A DNA stretch of 64,000 nt from an uncultured Acidobacteriaceae bacterium. Lineage in GTDB: Bacteria; Acidobacteriota; Terriglobia; Terriglobales; Acidobacteriaceae. Location of the stretch: NCBI GenBank assembly GCA_963767045.1, contig CAVYCQ010000003.1:658238-722237 (forward strand), given 5' to 3'. The first letter of the stretch is position 1; each line of letters opens with the position of its first letter. Under the pieces are notes generated by a model. The model was not told the origin of the DNA. It did not search any database and was given only the letters and a program-made list of their open reading frames with translations. Position numbers and translations under genes: made by a program. Of the stretch, positions 8,596-18,338 are shown in pieces.

Positions 8596-11052
8596 CTATT
8601 CCCTTCTGAGCGCCTCCATCGGATCGACAGAGGCGGCGCGGCGTGCCGGGAGCAGGCAGGCAACGGTCCCCATCGCGACCAGCACACAGACGGCGCTGGT
8701 CGCGATGACAGAGTCGTACGGACTTACCTGGTATAACAAACTACCCACGACGCGTGCGGAGGCAAAGGCCACCGCAACCCCGGCAGCCGCCCCTACCAGC
8801 ACCGGCGCCAGACCATCGCGCAGCACGAGGCGGTAGATATTCTGCCGTTGCGCACCCAGCGCCAGCCGCAAACCAATCTCTCGCTGCCGCTGGACCACGG
8901 AATACGTCACCACGCCGTAAACTCCCAAAGCGGCCAACAGCAAAGCGCTGATGGCGAACAGGAGCAGCAATTGCATCTCGAAACGCCGATTAGCCACCGA
9001 GTCCTCGACCACACCGCCCAGCATCCGCACTTCGGGCACCGGTACTTCAGGATCCACGCTCCAGATGGCCTTGCGCATGGAATCCGCTATCATCGCCGGG
9101 TCTTGATGGGTTCGCATGAGGAGGCCGGCATTCGTGTCACTGCGATACCAGTACGGCATGTACACCATCATGGGGTCAGGGGCCACTAGCGAAATGGTCC
9201 GTGCGTTTCCGACTACACCGATCACGGTAAACGGCTCTTCTTTAGCCATGCCGGCGCGGTTAAATTGGTGGCCGATGGGGTTCTTTCCGGGCCACAAAGT
9301 TTTGGCCGTAAGCTCAGAAATGACGGCGTAATGTCTGCCCTCGTCGCTCGCGCTCAATAAGCGCCCGGCGATCAGGGGCAAACGAATCGTCTCGAAATAG
9401 CCGGGACTCACCCAGCGAAAGTGTTCGGTGGGCTGCTGGAACATGGGTCTGGCATCGCCCGGAAGATGGATCATGTCGAGCCATCGGTCATTGGTCAACG
9501 GCAGTTCACTAACGACAGCAGCGTGCTCAACCCCCGGAAGCTGGGACAGCCGCTCCAGCACCTGTTTGTAAAACGCGACTTTCGGCCCCAGCTTTTGATA
9601 GGACTTAGTTGGCAGATCGACCACGGCAGTTGCGACGCGTGCCGCCTCGAAACCCCGGTCCGACCGTAGCAGTCGAAGGAAACTGGTGGTCAACAGTCCA
9701 GTCATCAACACCAGGGTTACACTGACTGCAACCTCCACGGCGACGAGTATTCTCCGCATCCGCTTACTGGTGCGCGACTCGCTGGCCAGCCGCGACTCGC
9801 TGTGCAATATCTCCTGCGGTGGCGTGCCGGCAGTCATCCAGGCCGGCGCGGCGCCGGCCAACAACGTGGCCAGCACCGCGAGCAGAAGGGCGCAGCCGGC
9901 CCCCGCCCAGTCCAGGTGAAGAGAGCCGCGGAAATCGAGAGCCGGAGGAAGGTAATGCTGCATCGCCGGTATAAGCGTTGCTGCCAGCAAGATACCCAGC
10001 GCGCCGCCTAGCGTTGCCAGCACCACCGTTTCCCGCAGAGCCATTCGGAGCATTTCCGTGCGACCCGCTCCTAGAGCGGCCGCCACCGCCATCGATTGAC
10101 GCTTGGCAACCGCACGCGCCAGGAGAAGGTTGGTGATGTTCACGCATCCAACCAGCAGCAGTCCCACGACGGCTGCGAGCAAAATCAGAAGTGGCTTTTG
10201 GTTGCTGCCCACCAACTGTTGTTGGAAGGGCGTCAGGGCCGCAGAAAGAGTACCTTTTTCGTCTCCAGAGAGTGTGCTGGTGATGGTACGTTGCAACGCG
10301 TTAATTTCCGCGTTCGCTTGAGCCACCGACACTCCCGGTCGCAGGCGAGCCAATCCGAAATAGTTGAAATCGCCCATGACTTCCTGCAACTGGTCCTTGC
10401 TAAAGGCGATGGGCAGCAGTGCCTCGACCGGATGCGCGCGAGTGAGATCCCCGCTGGAGATGTTCTGAATATGGGGTACATGGAATGAGGGCGGCATTAC
10501 GCCGATCACGGTGTAGGGAAATCCGTTGACGGTGATGGTTTTTCCCAGGGCCGCTGGATCACTTTGGAACTGGCTCCGCCAAAGGCTGTCCATCAACACC
10601 ACCACATGCTCGTGGCCGGGCTGCGCCTCCCCCGGCGAGAAGGCCCGGCCGAGCGCCGGGACGGTGCTGAGTACAGAAAAAACGTCCGGGGTTGCGTTCA
10701 ACACGCCTATCTGCTGTGGATGTCCTCCCACCCCAAGCGGAAGTGAGATCTCCTGCATGAGGGCCATCGACTGAAAGTGGGAACTATGCTGCTGCCATGA
10801 GACGAAATGGTTAGCATTCATCGGCAGGGTGGGATAGATATCGCGGAACTCCGCGACTTGCTCTTCCATCACTACCAGTTGCTCCGGATGACTATACGGC
10901 AACGGCTTTAAAAGCACGTCGTACACCAGGGTGAAGATCGCAGTCGTTGCCCCGATGCCTAGCGCCAGTGTCAAGACGGCGGTGATGGCAAAGCCGGGCG
11001 CCTTACGCAGTTGCCGCCCCGCATAGCGCAGATCATCAAGAAGTCTCCGCAT
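8596..11052 (-). CDS. ADOP-family (duplicated orphan) MacB/FtsX-like permease, copy 1
   Basis: Start MRRLLDDLRYAGRQLRKAPGF at 11052 with GGAGGG 5 nt upstream. Two MacB-like periplasmic-core plus FtsX 4-TM halves. C-terminal ..ARRAASVDPMEALRRE. No ATPase gene adjacent. Confidence 0.9.
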   Translation of the reverse strand: MRRLLDDLRYAGRQLRKAPGFAITAVLTLALGIGATTAIFTLVYDVLLKPLPYSHPEQLVVMEEQVAEFRDIYPTLPMNANHFVSWQQHSSHFQSMALMQEISLPLGVGGHPQQIGVLNATPDVFSVLSTVPALGRAFSPGEAQPGHEHVVVLMDSLWRSQFQSDPAALGKTITVNGFPYTVIGVMPPSFHVPHIQNISSGDLTRAHPVEALLPIAFSKDQLQEVMGDFNYFGLARLRPGVSVAQANAEINALQRTITSTLSGDEKGTLSAALTPFQQQLVGSNQKPLLILLAAVVGLLLVGCVNITNLLLARAVAKRQSMAVAAALGAGRTEMLRMALRETVVLATLGGALGILLAATLIPAMQHYLPPALDFRGSLHLDWAGAGCALLLAVLATLLAGAAPAWMTAGTPPQEILHSESRLASESRTSKRMRRILVAVEVAVSVTLVLMTGLLTTSFLRLLRSDRGFEAARVATAVVDLPTKSYQKLGPKVAFYKQVLERLSQLPGVEHAAVVSELPLTNDRWLDMIHLPGDARPMFQQPTEHFRWVSPGYFETIRLPLIAGRLLSASDEGRHYAVISELTAKTLWPGKNPIGHQFNRAGMAKEEPFTVIGVVGNARTISLVAPDPMMVYMPYWYRSDTNAGLLMRTHQDPAMIADSMRKAIWSVDPEVPVPEVRMLGGVVEDSVANRRFEMQLLLLFAISALLLAALGVYGVVTYSVVQRQREIGLRLALGAQRQNIYRLVLRDGLAPVLVGAAAGVAVAFASARVVGSLLYQVSPYDSVIATSAVCVLVAMGTVACLLPARRAASVDPMEALRRE

Positions 11053-11150
11053 AGAACCCTCCAACGTTTCTACGAAATAGCCGCGACGGAAGTTCCACCC
11101 AAGCAAACCCAACAAGCTTCTACTGATTGTTCAACCGGTCTCCATACGAC

Positions 11151-11234
11151 AAGAGCAATGGTGGGGCTTCGCCCGGTTATTTTTAAACCCGCTTAAGCTG
11201 GTGCGAAGTGGGGCACGCGTCCAGTTCCTGTGGG
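11151..11234 (+). repeat. intergenic repeat family B, copy 2
   Basis: AAGAGCAATGGTGGGGCTTCGCCCGG..TTTTTAAA, then stem CCCGCTT (11188-11194) / AAGTGGG (11206-11212), then GGGGCACGCGTCC. The stem differs from copies 1 and 3 by paired substitutions. Confidence 0.6.
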
Positions 11235-11870
11235 CTAGTCGCATAAGGCCGGGAGACTCGGATCGGAGGCAAACTTGAAGAGTGTCATCAGCTGCGATTG
11301 TGTCACTCGATCCGTTGATAACTCTAGGGACGATAGCTGTTCCGCCCGGAACCAGGCTGCGCCCGTGGTTTCCGCGGTCTCTTGCGCCAGCTCTCCGCCC
11401 TCAATTTCACATTGAACAAAGGCTTTGTAGACATACCAGGGTTGCGGCGGATGGGGGTGCTTTCGCTTATCGTAGAGAGCCAGCAGACGCACCGCCCGAA
11501 CGCGCAATCCGGTCTCTTCTTCCGCCTCTTTCATGGCCACCTCGAACGGCGAATAGCCAACGTCCGCCCAGCCGCCGGGGAGGGTCCATCGCCCCTGATC
11601 GTTCTTCTCCATGACCAGCAAAATCTCGCTGTCTGCGCGAAACAAGACCGCCCGGACGTCCACCTTTGGCGTCTGGTACCCCGACTCGGAGGCAAAAGTC
11701 CGAATGATCTTCTCGCGCGGCTCATCGGTCAGTTCCTGCAGCAGGCTGACGCTGATTCCACGGATCTCTTCATAACGTTCCAGATCGTACGGCGTAGTGG
11801 CGTAGGCTATCCCAGCTTGAGCGATGGCCTGCAGACGCTGGGCGTGCAGCAAGAATTTCTTCGACTCCAT
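11235..11870 (-). CDS. NUDIX hydrolase (ADP-ribose pyrophosphatase-like, with NUDIX N-terminal domain)
   Basis: Nudix box GGWADVGYSPFEVAMKEAEEETGL (G-x5-E-x7-REUxEExGU pattern). 211 aa. Confidence 0.85.
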   Translation of the reverse strand: MESKKFLLHAQRLQAIAQAGIAYATTPYDLERYEEIRGISVSLLQELTDEPREKIIRTFASESGYQTPKVDVRAVLFRADSEILLVMEKNDQGRWTLPGGWADVGYSPFEVAMKEAEEETGLRVRAVRLLALYDKRKHPHPPQPWYVYKAFVQCEIEGGELAQETAETTGAAWFRAEQLSSLELSTDRVTQSQLMTLFKFASDPSLPALCD

Positions 11871-11952
11871 CAGGCACCCCGGCCCATTCTAAATGCGCTG
11901 GCGAGCGGGTATATTGGAGCGGGAGTAGTCCTTATCCACGAGGTCCTCGGGT

Positions 11953-12222
11953 ATGTGCCGAAATATCAAAATGCTATTCAACTTCGATCCTCCGGTAACC
12001 GGCGAAGAGGTTCGCGCCGCCTCACTTCAATATGTGAGAAAGATCAGCGGCTTCCATAAGCCGTCGAAGGCAAATGAAGCTGCGTTTCTGGCGGCAGTTG
12101 AGGAAGTGGCCGCCATCTCTAGCCGACTCCTCTACTCGCTGGAGACGAATGCGGCGCCCAAAAGCCGGGAAGAAGAAGCAGCAAAGGCCAAGGCTCGCAG
12201 CGCCGAGAGGTTTCGCGCGTAA
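11953..12222 (+). CDS. DUF2277 domain-containing protein
   Basis: MCRNIKMLFNFDPPVTGEEVRAASLQYVRKISGFHKPSKANEAAF matches the DUF2277 N-terminal signature as I recall it. Confidence 0.75.
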   Translation: MCRNIKMLFNFDPPVTGEEVRAASLQYVRKISGFHKPSKANEAAFLAAVEEVAAISSRLLYSLETNAAPKSREEEAAKAKARSAERFRA

Positions 12223-12226
12223 GTAG

Positions 12227-13831
12227 TCAGCGTGCCGCGGAAAACTGCTCACTCAAGTGCAGTATCGCGCCATGTTCGCGCAGCTTCTGTTGCAGAGCAG
12301 GCACAGAGACTTCCTGAATGGATGTGTGACCGCGAATTGCGAGCGCTGCAGCCACGCCCGCAGCCTGACCGATGATCATGTACTGCGGCTCCATGCGTAC
12401 CGAAGAATACGCAGCATGGCTGGCGGAGAGGCACACCGGCACCAGCAGGTTCTCCGCCTCCGATCGCTTGGGTGTGATACTGCGATAGGCGATTTCATAG
12501 GGTTCCACCGGGACCTGGACGTCTCCCTCGTTTTTCACCGTGCCATCCGGCATGGCGACACGCTGAATGTTGTGCGAATCGCTGTTGTACGATCCCATCC
12601 CGATGGAGTCGGCCTTGGTGCGTTCGGTCTGTAAGTCCGACTGGCGCATCACATACTCCCCAACCATGCGGCGGCCCTCACGAATATAGAGCTGATTGGG
12701 CCAGTGGTCCGTGTCGGCAAACTCATCTTTCGGCAAACCCCATTGGTTCACCTCAGCCCGCAAGCTTGGGGGCACTTTGGCATCCTGTGAAAGAAAATAG
12801 AAAAAGGATTTTGTGTACAGCAAGTGATCCTGCCACAGCGCTGCCTTCGTGGCGTAACTGGCTTCCGGATACTTCCAGCTGTGACCGATATAGTCTGTCG
12901 AAACCGGACCATTATTGTTGAAGTCGGCCTTGTGGTTGGGAATCATCACTGGATTAGTAACGTCCCGGAAACCGGGCACGCGTCCCATGTGTTGCTGAAA
13001 TTCATTGAGGTAGCGTTCCAGCAGGGCGAAGCGCGCACGGTCGTATCCCTGGGGTCGGGGAAAAGGAAGCCTGTTGGCGGGGTCATTCGTAAGAATGAGG
13101 CGAAAGTTATAAGCCTGAACTTTCTTGTCACCCGAACCGGGCGGAGCCAAGGGTCCTGGGTCAATCTCCGGCAGTAGACGGTGTTGCTCGTCGTAGGCCG
13201 AGAGCGGCCAGAGAAACTGGTGTTTGGGTGTGTTGTCTCGCACGCCGGCAAGATCTTCGCCATATTCAGACGCTGCTTCCCTGCCCCAGGTATAGCTGAC
13301 CTTAGCCTGCGCCATCAGGTCACCTTCGTAGCTACAATCAGCAAATACCTTTGCCGGCCAGCGGGTACCATCCGACGTAGTAACGGAGACCAGATGGGTG
13401 CCGTGGAGATCGACGCCGGCCTGCTCCCGCATCGGCTCGTGGAAGTGAACCTCTACTCCCGCATCTTTCAACATGGTGCGGAAGATCTCTTCATCCACAT
13501 GCGGCTCGGAAAGCCAGTTGGCTGGACGGTTGAGGTCGAGCACGCCATAGTGCGCGGCGGCCTTCATGTAGAAGTCGCGCGCGTAGCCACCGATGATGGT
13601 GTAGTGTCCCAGGTCGGTAGCCGAAAGGCCGCCGGTTACCATGCCCCCAAGGTGAACGCCGGGTTCCAGCAGCACGACATGAAGTCCCTCGCGTGCCGCC
13701 GAATACGCAGTCATCACCCCAGATGCCGTACCGCCGTAGACCAGCAGATCAGCGGGAGTTGCCGCTTGGAGTGCCGTAGCGAAGAGGAACCCTGCGAGAA
13801 CCGTGGAGAGGCGTAAGCCAAAAGCATTCAT
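12227..13831 (-). CDS. FAD-dependent oxidoreductase (FAD_oxidored / xanthan-lyase-like family), secreted
   Basis: Signal peptide MNAFGLRLSTVLAGFLFATALQA. Dinucleotide-binding LLVYGGTASGVMTAYSAAREG..LLEPG.HLGGM.TGGL. The ORF extends to 13870, but ATG 13831 gives the signal peptide. Confidence 0.75.
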   Translation of the reverse strand: MNAFGLRLSTVLAGFLFATALQAATPADLLVYGGTASGVMTAYSAAREGLHVVLLEPGVHLGGMVTGGLSATDLGHYTIIGGYARDFYMKAAAHYGVLDLNRPANWLSEPHVDEEIFRTMLKDAGVEVHFHEPMREQAGVDLHGTHLVSVTTSDGTRWPAKVFADCSYEGDLMAQAKVSYTWGREAASEYGEDLAGVRDNTPKHQFLWPLSAYDEQHRLLPEIDPGPLAPPGSGDKKVQAYNFRLILTNDPANRLPFPRPQGYDRARFALLERYLNEFQQHMGRVPGFRDVTNPVMIPNHKADFNNNGPVSTDYIGHSWKYPEASYATKAALWQDHLLYTKSFFYFLSQDAKVPPSLRAEVNQWGLPKDEFADTDHWPNQLYIREGRRMVGEYVMRQSDLQTERTKADSIGMGSYNSDSHNIQRVAMPDGTVKNEGDVQVPVEPYEIAYRSITPKRSEAENLLVPVCLSASHAAYSSVRMEPQYMIIGQAAGVAAALAIRGHTSIQEVSVPALQQKLREHGAILHLSEQFSAAR

Positions 13832-14060
13832 CGTTGCAACATTCTGCCGGGGACGTGGCCGACGTAGCAAGGCCGATTGACGCAGGGGCCGCCGACGAGT
13901 AGATTCGTCCCATGGTCAACGTCACTCCTCGACGTTGTTGTCGCTCCCGCATCCAGTAGCTGGGTGGGCGATTCCTATTACTGAAGGCTGTGTGCTCCAC
14001 GCGCCCTCTTGGGTCATCCCAAGCGAACCGGTAAGCGCAAGTAAATCACGAGGAAACAAA

Positions 14061-15308
14061 ATGAGCACAAGACGATGGTGGCCACTCGCCGTCTCCCTGC
14101 TATTTCTCGCAGCGGATGCAAGGCCGCAGAGCCCGGCAAGGGTCACGCAGTGGCAGGGCAGCGCACAAATAGCGACCAACGGCACAACCTTCACCATCCC
14201 TGTGCACCTGCAACTGGAGGGCAAAGGCTCGACCCTCGTCGGCTCGTTCGTCGACGGTCCGCAGCGAACCACCTCCACTTCCGGCGAGCTAACTGGGCAG
14301 GAGGTGACGCTGCACTTTGCACACTACGCCGTCACCTTTCATGGTCAGATCGTGGGTGATCAACTTACCGGCGCCTACTCGGCGGATAGCGGGCGCTTCT
14401 CTTACCCACTTACTTTGCAGGCCGCGCCGAAAGAAGCAGTGCATACCGCCGCGAACGTTCCCAATATCAATGGCACGTGGATCATACCCACCGAAAGCCC
14501 CAAGGGGGAGCATGCCTGGCGCCTGGTCATCCGGCAGGACGGAGAAGATGTATCCGCTACCATCCTGCGCGTCGACGGCGACACCGGCACCCTTCACGGC
14601 AGTTATCAGGACGGCCGCTTTATCGTCAGCCATTTCCAAGAGGTGCGGCCGGCAATGTTGGAGATAACCCCGGAGCGGGACAACACGCTCACGCTCAAGT
14701 TCTTCTCCACCCATGTGAACGCACCGCCAGGAACCGCGTTCGTTATGTGGCACGCGATCAGGCCCGGCCCGGTAGCGAGTACTCCACAACCGGATGACTT
14801 CGCTGCGCACACGGTCGTGCGCGATCCTCGGCAGCCCTTCGCTTTCTCCGGAAAAGATTTAGATGGAAAAGTAGTAAGCAATAACGACCCACGCTTTCGG
14901 GGCAAGGTCGTGCTGGTGAACATCACTGGGAGCTGGTGCCCCAACTGCCACGATGAGGCGCCATTTCTCGCCGAACTTTACTCCAAATACCACGCCCAGG
15001 GGTTGGAGATTGTGGCGCTTGATTTTGAAGAGCCGGAGCAGATCACAAATCTGACTCGCCTGCACGCGTTCATTCAGCGATACAAACTTGACTACACGTT
15101 TCTGATCGCGGGTATTCCAGCTGAGGTCAACCAGAAGCTTCCGCAGGCGGAGAATCTTAACGCGTGGCCAACCACCTTCTTCCTCAACCGCCACGGGCTT
15201 GTCCGGAGAGTGGAGACAGGTTTTCCTTCGTCCGGAAGCACTGAATATCATTCCGACGTCAAGGCAGCCTACGTGCAGACCATCGAAACCTTATTAGCGG
15301 AACGCTAA
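14061..15308 (+). CDS. TlpA/ResA-like thiol-disulfide oxidoreductase with large N-terminal domain of unknown function
   Basis: ATG 14061 after AGGAAA. Signal peptide MSTRRWWPLAVSLLFLAADA. C-terminal thioredoxin fold with VLVNITGSWCPNCHDEAPFL (both Cys are TGC codons). Confidence 0.8.
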   Translation: MSTRRWWPLAVSLLFLAADARPQSPARVTQWQGSAQIATNGTTFTIPVHLQLEGKGSTLVGSFVDGPQRTTSTSGELTGQEVTLHFAHYAVTFHGQIVGDQLTGAYSADSGRFSYPLTLQAAPKEAVHTAANVPNINGTWIIPTESPKGEHAWRLVIRQDGEDVSATILRVDGDTGTLHGSYQDGRFIVSHFQEVRPAMLEITPERDNTLTLKFFSTHVNAPPGTAFVMWHAIRPGPVASTPQPDDFAAHTVVRDPRQPFAFSGKDLDGKVVSNNDPRFRGKVVLVNITGSWCPNCHDEAPFLAELYSKYHAQGLEIVALDFEEPEQITNLTRLHAFIQRYKLDYTFLIAGIPAEVNQKLPQAENLNAWPTTFFLNRHGLVRRVETGFPSSGSTEYHSDVKAAYVQTIETLLAER

Positions 15309-15325
15309 GAGCGGAGGAGCGGCGG

Positions 15326-16111
15326 TCAATGCGCGAGCAGCTTTACACAAGCCTCAACGACCCCGGGAATATTGTAGGGAGAGGCTTCGCAGGCCGGCTC
15401 CCACTTACGCTGAGATAGAGTGCGCGTCGTAACTGGTCCGATGGAGACGGCACGCAGCCCTGGGGGCTTCTCCATCTTGGCCGCGGCGAGCAGCGCAAAA
15501 AAATTGTTGACCGTCGAAGAGCTGGTAAAGGTCACCGCGTCGGGCAGCGGCTTCCCTTCTCCCAACAACTCGCGAACCTGCTCAATCGAGTCACTGGGGA
15601 TTACGGTGCGGTAGGCCTCCACCACGTGGATATCCGCTCCACATTGCCGCAGCTGTTCGGGGATGACGTCGCGGGCCACCGCCGCGCGTGCCAACAGCAC
15701 ACGGCGCCCCATAACTTTTTCTTTGAGTGATGCGACTACGGCCTCCGCCACGTACTCGTCCGGCATGGCGGACACTTTCAGGCCGATACGGCCCAACGCG
15801 ACCGCAGTCGCTGGCCCAATTGCGGCCACCTGCAAATGTCCCAAACGCCCAGCATGAATTCCCAAAAAACGCATGCGGTCGGCCAGGGCGGCTGCCCCGT
15901 TGGCGCTGGTCACGATCAGCCAATCGAAGCCGCTGATCACTTCCAGCACCGCGTCCAGGTGAGCGTAGGTTTCGGGTGGGATGATCTCGATGGTGGGCAG
16001 CCTTAGCACCTCGGCGCCTAGGGCCTCCAGCGCCTCCGCCAACTTGCCTGCCTGGTGACGAGCGCGGGTCACGAGGATCCGCTTTCCGGCCAAGGGATGC
16101 GACGTACTCAC
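15326..16111 (-). CDS. hemD: uroporphyrinogen-III synthase
   Basis: GKRILVTRARHQAGKLAEALEALGAEV..PTIEI N-terminus typical of HemD. GTG start overlaps the hemC stop (GTGA). Position after hemA-hemC. Confidence 0.85.
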   Translation of the reverse strand: MSTSHPLAGKRILVTRARHQAGKLAEALEALGAEVLRLPTIEIIPPETYAHLDAVLEVISGFDWLIVTSANGAAALADRMRFLGIHAGRLGHLQVAAIGPATAVALGRIGLKVSAMPDEYVAEAVVASLKEKVMGRRVLLARAAVARDVIPEQLRQCGADIHVVEAYRTVIPSDSIEQVRELLGEGKPLPDAVTFTSSSTVNNFFALLAAAKMEKPPGLRAVSIGPVTTRTLSQRKWEPACEASPYNIPGVVEACVKLLAH

Positions 16112-17016
16112 GTCCGCCGCTCTTCCAGCCCGAGAATTGCGCCGGCGCCCTGCTCCAGCAATTGCCGCGCTAACTGCACGCCCAGTATTTCCGGGTCAGT
16201 GTGCGACCTCTCGGCGCAGATAATTTGCCGCCCGTCTGCCGATGCGACCACGGCGCGCAATGATAACTCGTCTCCATCACGGTGGCAATAGGCGCCGATA
16301 GGTACCAGGCATCCGCCCCCGAGAGCCGCCAGGCATCCGCGTTCGGCAGTGATGGCCATGCGCGTGTTCTGGTCCTCCAGCGGCCGCAGGGCCGCATGGA
16401 TTGCAACGTCTCCTGCCCGGCACTCGATCGCTAGGGCCCCCTGGCCCGGCGCGGGGCACAGCACCTCGGGCGCAAATCGTTCGCGGATGGCGGCGCTTTT
16501 CTGGAGTCGATCCAGGCCCGCTGCTGCCAGGATAATTGCATCCGCCTTGCCCTGCGCCAGTTTGGTCAGACGGGTGTCTACATTGCCGCGAAACTCAACG
16601 TACTCAAGATCCGGCCGCCGCCCGCGCAATTGGGCCTGGCGGCGCAGGCTGCTAGTGCCCACGACTGCTCCCGCGGGCAGTGCATCGAAGCCGGCGTAGC
16701 GCTCCGAGACCAAGACATCGCGGGCGTCCGCTCGTGGGGGAATCGCCGCCAAGCTGAACGCATCGCCCAACTCCGTCGGTAGATCCTTCAGGCTGTGTAC
16801 CGCCAAATCGATCGTCCCCGCCAGCAAGGCTTCTTCGATCTCGCGCGTGAACATTCCTTTGGCGCCGACCGAGGCGAAGGCGATGTTCTGCATGCGATCG
16901 CCCGTGGTGCGGATGATATCGATAGAAACGTCATGCCCCAGCGCACGCAGTGCGTCTGCGATGTAATTCGCTTGCCAAAGAGCTAGCTGCGATCCCCGGG
17001 AACCGATGCGGATCAA
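16108..17016 (-). CDS. hemC: hydroxymethylbilane synthase (porphobilinogen deaminase)
   Basis: MIRIGSRGSQLALWQA.., GTSSLRRQAQL, RGNVDTRL blocks. TTG start overlaps the hemA stop. Confidence 0.93.
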   Translation of the reverse strand: MIRIGSRGSQLALWQANYIADALRALGHDVSIDIIRTTGDRMQNIAFASVGAKGMFTREIEEALLAGTIDLAVHSLKDLPTELGDAFSLAAIPPRADARDVLVSERYAGFDALPAGAVVGTSSLRRQAQLRGRRPDLEYVEFRGNVDTRLTKLAQGKADAIILAAAGLDRLQKSAAIRERFAPEVLCPAPGQGALAIECRAGDVAIHAALRPLEDQNTRMAITAERGCLAALGGGCLVPIGAYCHRDGDELSLRAVVASADGRQIICAERSHTDPEILGVQLARQLLEQGAGAILGLEERRT

Positions 17017-18338
17017 CTTTTGTGTTCCTGGTCTTCAAGGTCCGGCAAGTCCTCGAAGAAATCTTCCTCGGACGCCCGCTGCCTCGGCCCGCTTACGCCG
17101 AAGGCGTCGCGGATAGCATCCACCGCAACCACATTTCCTTCGGTGGCAGCCGCCTTGATGGCCTGCACCGGCTGATGGAGAAACTTGTTGACCAGCCCTC
17201 GGGTGAGGGCCTCGACGGCAGCCTGCTGCTCGGGGGAGAGCGTCTGCAGGCGGCTGGCCACGCGGCGAAGCTCCGATTGACGAATCTGCTCCGCGGATTG
17301 CTGCAGCTGCACAATCTCCGGCGCCACGTTCAGGGCATGCAGCCGCCGCTGATACTTAGTGACCTCAGCGAGGATCATCGCTTCGGCCACCTCTGCCTCT
17401 TTGCCGCGCTCTTTGAGGTGTGATCCGGCAACCGACTGCAAGTCGTCAATGTCGTAGAGAAAGATTCCATCCAGCTTGTTGACTTCCGGATCGACGTCTC
17501 GCGGCACCGCAATGTCGATAAAGAACATGGGCCGGCCTCGCCGCTGCTGCAGAAAGTGCTGCGCGTGCTCGCGGCGAAAGACCGGCCGCGCAGACCCAGT
17601 GGAAGTGATGATGATATCGGCCTGGTCCGCGCTCGCGTAGAGGTCTTCAAAGCGGAGAGCCTTGCCGCCGAAGCGCTGGGCCAGTTGCTCTGCCCGCTCG
17701 TGGGTGCGGTTGGCTACCAGAACGGTTCCGGCGCCCTGGTTCATCAGGTGGCGAGCTGCCTGCTCGCTCATTTTGCCTGCGCCGACGATCAGTACCTTCT
17801 TGTCCTGGAGCGAGCCGAATATTTTCCGCGCCAGCTCCACCGCGACCGAAGCGATCGATACCGACGAGTTGCCGATCTGGGTCTCAGTCCGCACCCGCTT
17901 GGCGACGACGAACGCGCGCTGGAGCACCTTATCCAAGTGGCCACGGATGGCACCGGTGGACCGCGCCGCCAGGTAACTGCTCTTGACCTGGCCCAGGATC
18001 TGAGGCTCGCCAATCACCATGGAATCGAGGCTGCAGGCCACGCGGAAGAGATGGCGGACCGCATTCTCCTGCCGATATTCATAAATGTGCGGCGCCAGCA
18101 ATTCGGGATCGATGCTGAAATAGCTGCCGATAAAGTCCATCAGGTGGGGCGCGCCGGGCGCCAGGCTGGTGAGCAGCTCGACCCGGTTGCAGGTGGAGAG
18201 AATCATGCCCTCCAGGACCCCCGGCGCCTGCATCAGGGAGCGCGTCGCCTCCTCCAGTTGCTGCGGTCCAATAGCCAGCCGCTCGCGCAACTCGATGGGC
18301 GCGGTCTTGTGGTTCAGCCCTAACAGGACAATATTCAT
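17013..18338 (-). CDS. hemA: glutamyl-tRNA reductase
   Basis: LGLNHKTAPIELRE, STCNRVE, VLIVGAGKMSE blocks. ATG overlaps the stop of the upstream gene (ATGA). Confidence 0.93.
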   Translation of the reverse strand: MNIVLLGLNHKTAPIELRERLAIGPQQLEEATRSLMQAPGVLEGMILSTCNRVELLTSLAPGAPHLMDFIGSYFSIDPELLAPHIYEYRQENAVRHLFRVACSLDSMVIGEPQILGQVKSSYLAARSTGAIRGHLDKVLQRAFVVAKRVRTETQIGNSSVSIASVAVELARKIFGSLQDKKVLIVGAGKMSEQAARHLMNQGAGTVLVANRTHERAEQLAQRFGGKALRFEDLYASADQADIIITSTGSARPVFRREHAQHFLQQRRGRPMFFIDIAVPRDVDPEVNKLDGIFLYDIDDLQSVAGSHLKERGKEAEVAEAMILAEVTKYQRRLHALNVAPEIVQLQQSAEQIRQSELRRVASRLQTLSPEQQAAVEALTRGLVNKFLHQPVQAIKAAATEGNVVAVDAIRDAFGVSGPRQRASEEDFFEDLPDLEDQEHKS

